Assembly: GCA_017399865.1 (NCBI GenBank)
Contig: JAFQAT010000074.1
Coordinates: forward strand, 77 to 64,076
Reading direction: 5' to 3'
DNA length: 64,000 nucleotides
Source of the DNA: Bacteroidales bacterium
GTDB taxonomy: Bacteria > Bacteroidota > Bacteroidia > Bacteroidales > UBA932
Shown: in pieces, positions 59,406-64,000 of the stretch
How the letters are laid out: each line of letters opens with the position of its first letter
Position numbering within the stretch: position 1 is the stretch's first letter
Made by a program: the position numbers and the translations under genes
The notes under the pieces: model-generated
Database searches by the model: none
What the model was told of the DNA's origin: nothing
What the model saw: the letters and a program-made list of their open reading frames with translations, nothing else

Positions 59406-61229
59406 ATGAGAGCAAAGGATATAAAGCTACTGGCGACATGCCTGCTGCTGGCTGCATGCAGCATGGCAGCGAAGGCACAGACGATTGACGAAGGATTCAC
59501 CATAGAAGCTCCTGACAGCGTTGCAGAAGGAGATACTGTAACCGTGCGCTATACGATAAAAACGCAGCAGCTTGAAAGTTACATAAGTCCTCTGTTCGAT
59601 GGATTTGAATTCATTGACATGAACTATGACATATGGAGAGGCAATCAAATGAACGGATATGCCAACAGATATACCTTCATCTATCGCATAGTGCCGATAA
59701 ATATCGGAAGTCTCGTGATCGGACCAATGGGAGTCATGCGTCAGGGGGAAGAGGTCATATCGAAAAGCAAGAGAATACTTGTAAGACCAGACAGGAATCA
59801 TGAATACACTGTCTCGACTCTTGACCGTCTGTTCAAAGAGAACGGAATGGACCCAGACACATGCGAGATATGTTTCGTCCACGAATCGCCAGAACTGACC
59901 ATAGCGTCAAGTGTGAGGTCCGGGTATTTTGCAGTGCTCGCAAACGAAGAATTCGCCACAGGCCTTGACAATCCGGTGCTTGCATATGGATTTGAAGGCG
60001 GAATATGGTCGGCGCAGCCAGAATTCCTCAACATGATGGATTATTACCTATATCAGCTCCGACACATAAAAGAGAATTCCATCAAGCCGGACGGACGAAG
60101 CATAAAGCCCATTCTGGGAGACATAGCCTGGGGACAGGACGCGCCATTCAACTCCGAATGTCCGACAATAGTTACAAACGGAGTCACAGTCCATACCCTT
60201 ACCGGATGTAGTCCGGTTGCATTCGGACAGATCATGAAACATTATGGAATGGACGGAGGCAAAGAGCCTGCAAGGCTTCTGGCTGAGATAGGCGCCGCAA
60301 TCGGGACCAAATACGGAACAGCGTCATCAGTCTCCAACAGTAGAAATTACAGAAAATCTCTTGTCGACCAGTTCGGATTCAGTCCCCGATTCCGTCTCGT
60401 ATCCTTGCCGCAGGACGAGCTTTTTGCCCTCGCATATCATGAACTGGAAAACGGAAGGCCGGTAGTCGTCATGAACGAGAAACACTCGTTCATATGTGAC
60501 GGACATCGAAACGGATATCTCCACTTCAATCTCGGATGGAACGGCAAATGCAACGGCTACTACAGGATATTCAATGCTCCGGTCGGCGAACGTAAGGATA
60601 TGCTGTACAACACCATGATCATTGGTTTGACTCCGGATGTTCACAAAGATGCTTCAAAGTCGGTAATATTGAACAGAAAGACAAGGCTGAAAGATGTCCT
60701 GACAACTGACGAAATGGAAAACCTGCATTCTCTTATCATAAAGGGGAAGCTCACAGGAGAGGACATCAGAATCCTGCGCAGGATGGCAGGGGCGGTCGAT
60801 GACAAGGATTACATGTCGTGGCTCGGATCGCTCCAGCATCTGGACCTCAGCAAGGCCACGTTCACAAACGACAACGCCGTTCCATACATGTCGACAGACG
60901 CTGAGGCAATGAAGTTCAAGGTCTGGAAACAGATCTCCTATATGTACGGGAATCAGCATAGGATAGAAAGGAAGGAATATGACTTCACATTCATGACCGA
61001 AGACCAGTGGCAGGAAATCCAGAAGTATAACATGGACCGCGGATACGGGTTCAGGATTGTCAGGAACGGCAACCGTTATATGGTAGAGTACCTGCTCGAA
61101 AGCAGGAAGGTCGGAAAAAGCATGTTTGCCGGATGTGTCAACCTGAAGAAAATCATTCTGCCGAAGAATATTCTGGAAGTGAGTCACGACGCCTTCGAAA
61201 ACACTGAAGCATCGGTCATAAGGCTATAG
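59406..61229 (+). CDS. Secreted C10 family cysteine peptidase with BatD-like N-terminus and LRR C-terminus
   Basis: WGQDAPFN, TGCSPVAFGQIM (Cys), HSFICDG (His), HFNLGW (Asn); LQHLDLS and FAGCVNLKKIILP LRRs. Confidence 0.8.
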   Translation: MRAKDIKLLATCLLLAACSMAAKAQTIDEGFTIEAPDSVAEGDTVTVRYTIKTQQLESYISPLFDGFEFIDMNYDIWRGNQMNGYANRYTFIYRIVPINIGSLVIGPMGVMRQGEEVISKSKRILVRPDRNHEYTVSTLDRLFKENGMDPDTCEICFVHESPELTIASSVRSGYFAVLANEEFATGLDNPVLAYGFEGGIWSAQPEFLNMMDYYLYQLRHIKENSIKPDGRSIKPILGDIAWGQDAPFNSECPTIVTNGVTVHTLTGCSPVAFGQIMKHYGMDGGKEPARLLAEIGAAIGTKYGTASSVSNSRNYRKSLVDQFGFSPRFRLVSLPQDELFALAYHELENGRPVVVMNEKHSFICDGHRNGYLHFNLGWNGKCNGYYRIFNAPVGERKDMLYNTMIIGLTPDVHKDASKSVILNRKTRLKDVLTTDEMENLHSLIIKGKLTGEDIRILRRMAGAVDDKDYMSWLGSLQHLDLSKATFTNDNAVPYMSTDAEAMKFKVWKQISYMYGNQHRIERKEYDFTFMTEDQWQEIQKYNMDRGYGFRIVRNGNRYMVEYLLESRKVGKSMFAGCVNLKKIILPKNILEVSHDAFENTEASVIRL

Positions 61230-61233
61230 GAGG

Positions 61234-63156
61234 CTACTCCTGCGGAGGCGGGACGGTACCAAGATCTATGAGACGGCGCAGGATCGGGAGATAGGACGGG
61301 GTTCCGTCCGGTCCGGACGAAGTCACGGACGACGGGGAACCGAAGCGGCGGGCAACGTCATCCAGGGTGTATTTCCCTGACGATTCGACATTTATGAACC
61401 TGACAATTTCTGCGGCGGTGTCTTCGGATGCCGCCGCTGTCTTTTCTGCAGACATCTTCCGCGCGCTGCGGCAGACATCGCATGTCCCGCAGTCAGCAGA
61501 GCCGGTCTGTCCGAAATATTCGAGAAGATATGAACTTCTGCATGTATCATCTTCCGAGATGTAATCGATCATCTTCTGCATGCGCTCCATGGCCGAATTC
61601 TTCAGAAGGTCATAGCGGGCCGGATCCAGGTTCACATTCTTCGGGCGCAGACGCTCATGGTGGAGGAACAGGACTGTCGCATGATCGCACGGGATGTACT
61701 TGATGACATGTTCCAGAGACAGCTTGTACAGAATCTGGCGGAGCATCGGCACCTGCACATCCAGCAGTCCTGCCAGATAATCCTCATCGACAGGAACAGG
61801 GAACGAGAAGATACCGGTATACCTGCGCATCAGGATCTCCAGAAGCTGGACCATCTTCGGATCAGGGAAATCCACTTCATAGAGATCGTTCCTGCTGACC
61901 GAGATCTGCACTTTCGTCGATATGTCCACGTCTTCAGACATGGTCCAATGACCGGTCCTTTCTATATATACTATCGAGTAATATGCAGACTGTTTCTGAA
62001 GCTTGAACCTCCTGCAGAATTCATCGAGGTCGAACTTCAGCTGGCGGCCTGCTCCCTGATCATACGGTATGTCAAAGAAGACATGGACCTTATGGTAAAT
62101 GTCTTCGATATACTCGAGCGACGGGAATGAGACCGTCGCGATCTGCTTGAGACGGCGGGTATCCGACGCATTCCATATGGTCACGGCGAAGCTTCGCTTT
62201 CCGTCGCGGCCTCCCCTGCCTGCTTCCTGGAAATATGCCTCCGGACTGTCCGGGACGTCGAAATGGATCACAAAACGTACGTCTGGTTTGTCTATGCCCA
62301 TACCGAACGCATTGGTACATACCATCACCCTGATCTCGCCCGACTTCCATTTCGCCTGCCGGTCGGAGCGGCTGTCGGGGCCGAGTCCGGCATGGTAGAA
62401 CGACGACGAGATGCCGTTTGCCGAAAGGAAGGCCGCGAGCTCTTCGGTCTTTTTCCTGCTGCGGACATAGACGATTCCGGTCCCGGCCACGCTGCCGCAT
62501 ATGTTCAGCATCTGGCCGAGCTTGTCCTCGCTCCGCCGGACGATGTACGAAAGGTTCGGGCGTTCGAACCCGCTCTTTATCAAGCACTTCTCTTCAAAGC
62601 AGAGACGGTCCATTATGTCATCCGCGACCTGGGGCGTAGCCGTCGCGGTCAATGCGATCACAGGGGCATCGACCAGATCGCGAAGCTTTCCGATCTGGAG
62701 ATAGTCGGGGCGGAAGTCATAGCCCCATTGGGAGATGCAGTGAGCTTCATCGACCACGATGAAGCTGACGTTCATCTCCTGAAGATAGCTCCTGAAGAGT
62801 GATGTTCCCAGACGCTCCGGAGAGACATAGAGAAACTTGAAGTCTCCGTATGCAGCATTGTTTAGGGCTAAGTCTACTTCCCTGCGGCCCATTCCGGCAT
62901 TGACGCACAATGCCTTGATTCCGCGGTCGTTAAGGTTCTGGACCTGATCCTTCATCAGGGCGATGAGCGGAGTGACGACTATCGCAACGCCCTCCTTCAT
63001 CATCGCTGGCACCTGGAAGCATACCGACTTTCCACCGCCAGTAGGAAGAATTGCAAGCACATCCCGTCCCTCCAATGCAGTGCGGACGATGTCCTCCTGC
63101 TTCGGACGGAAAGAGTCATAACCCCAATATTTCTGCAATGTTTCTACAGGCGTCAT
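61234..63156 (-). CDS. recQ: RecQ family ATP-dependent DNA helicase
   Basis: PTGGGKS, DEAHCISQWGYDFRP, QEAGRGGRDG, CR..CGTCDVC Zn site; start re-called to 63156 (-7 element at 63180-63187). Confidence 0.94.
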   Translation of the reverse strand: MTPVETLQKYWGYDSFRPKQEDIVRTALEGRDVLAILPTGGGKSVCFQVPAMMKEGVAIVVTPLIALMKDQVQNLNDRGIKALCVNAGMGRREVDLALNNAAYGDFKFLYVSPERLGTSLFRSYLQEMNVSFIVVDEAHCISQWGYDFRPDYLQIGKLRDLVDAPVIALTATATPQVADDIMDRLCFEEKCLIKSGFERPNLSYIVRRSEDKLGQMLNICGSVAGTGIVYVRSRKKTEELAAFLSANGISSSFYHAGLGPDSRSDRQAKWKSGEIRVMVCTNAFGMGIDKPDVRFVIHFDVPDSPEAYFQEAGRGGRDGKRSFAVTIWNASDTRRLKQIATVSFPSLEYIEDIYHKVHVFFDIPYDQGAGRQLKFDLDEFCRRFKLQKQSAYYSIVYIERTGHWTMSEDVDISTKVQISVSRNDLYEVDFPDPKMVQLLEILMRRYTGIFSFPVPVDEDYLAGLLDVQVPMLRQILYKLSLEHVIKYIPCDHATVLFLHHERLRPKNVNLDPARYDLLKNSAMERMQKMIDYISEDDTCRSSYLLEYFGQTGSADCGTCDVCRSARKMSAEKTAAASEDTAAEIVRFINVESSGKYTLDDVARRFGSPSSVTSSGPDGTPSYLPILRRLIDLGTVPPPQE

Positions 63157-63299
63157 TTTTGCATATCGGTCTTTGATTACAAAAGTAAGAAAATCTTTGA
63201 TTTTGAGTTTGCCATATCGCAAAAAAAAGTTATTTTTGCATCGCCCGAACTAGGGATGAAAGAAAATGTTATAAACCTTAAATATTTTACTTAAAAATT

Positions 63300-64000
63300 A
63301 TGAGCAAAATTGATTTGACCAAGTACGGTATTACCGATGTGACAGAGATTGTTCACAACCCGTCTTATGAGTACCTCTTCGAGGAGGAGACCAATCCAAA
63401 CCTCGAGGGATACGAGAAAGGCCAGCTTACTGAGCTTGATACCATCAACGTGATGACAGGTATCTACACAGGACGTTCTCCTAAGGACAAGTTCTTCGTA
63501 ATGAACGAGGCAAGCAAGGACACTGTATGGTGGACTTCAGAGGAGTACAAGAACGACAACAAGCCATGTTCAGAAGAGGCTTGGGCTGACCTCCGCGCTA
63601 AGGCCATCAAGCAGCTCAACACTGCAAAGAAACTTTATGTTGTAGATACATTCTGCGGTACAAACGAGGCAACCCGTCTTAAGGTACGTTTCATCATGGA
63701 AGTTGCATGGCAGGCACACTTCGTGAAGAACATGTTCATCCGTCCTACAGAGGAAGAACTTGCAAACTACGGCGAGCCTGATTTCGTATCATTCAACGCT
63801 GCAAAGGCTAAGGTTGACAACTACAAGGAGCTCGGCCTCAACTCTGAGACTGCAACTGTATTCAACATCAAGACAAACGAGCAGGTTATCCTCAACACAT
63901 GGTACGGCGGTGAGATGAAGAAGGGTATCTTCTCACTCATGAACTACTACAACCCTCTCCGTGGCATCGCTTCAATGCACTGCTCTGCAAACACAAACAT
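63300..64000 (+). CDS. pckA: Phosphoenolpyruvate carboxykinase (ATP), 3'-truncated by window edge
   Basis: Not in the ORF track; [11 protein letters not shown]..., [38 protein letters not shown]; TATTTTTG -7 element at 63231. Confidence 0.95.
   Translation, partial: MSKIDLTKYGITDVTEIVHNPSYEYLFEEETNPNLEGYEKGQLTELDTINVMTGIYTGRSPKDKFFVMNEASKDTVWWTSEEYKNDNKPCSEEAWADLRAKAIKQLNTAKKLYVVDTFCGTNEATRLKVRFIMEVAWQAHFVKNMFIRPTEEELANYGEPDFVSFNAAKAKVDNYKELGLNSETATVFNIKTNEQVILNTWYGGEMKKGIFSLMNYYNPLRGIASMHCSANTN

Noticed and set aside
54037-61229. Integron/attC cassette array
   Set aside because: Spacers are mostly under 20 bp and share no palindromic repeat; no IntI gene

Overview
64 kb of a Bacteroidales chromosome, mostly housekeeping. 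The Bacteroidota assignment rests on the short primary sigma factor, TAnnTTTG -7 promoters and the SRP RNA type; a rumen/gut lineage such as UBA932/Cryptobacteroides is only my guess. Core content: 3' part of a V/A-type ATPase operon (B, D, I, K), ndk, gpsA, an S9 peptidase, sdaA, pyrF, an M20 dipeptidase, ygiQ, htrA-sigA-argS, dnaN-dnaQ-like, tRNA-Thr(CGT), mnmA, cdd, SRP RNA, an M64 peptidase, tsaD, tamB, folB, mtaB, catalase, recQ and the 5' part of pckA. The standout is a four-gene minus-strand operon (19963-24393) that looks like a sulfonolipid (capnine) biosynthesis cluster. It encodes an unassigned two-domain VOC protein, a SulA/CapB-type cysteate acyltransferase with the diagnostic second lysine, an SDR and a cysteate synthase. 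Downstream lie an oppositely oriented marR and two putative sulfur-oxyanion transporters. Also notable: a deletion scar fusing a small membrane gene to the last 16 codons of a TonB-dependent receptor (15474-15632), two structured intergenic elements, a probable non-AUG start for tamB, and a ~12 kb accessory block of surface proteins (49294-61229) with a BatD-like/C10-protease/LRR mosaic. No CRISPR array, rRNA, transposase, integrase or prophage was seen. All calls come from reading motifs by eye; no searches were run.
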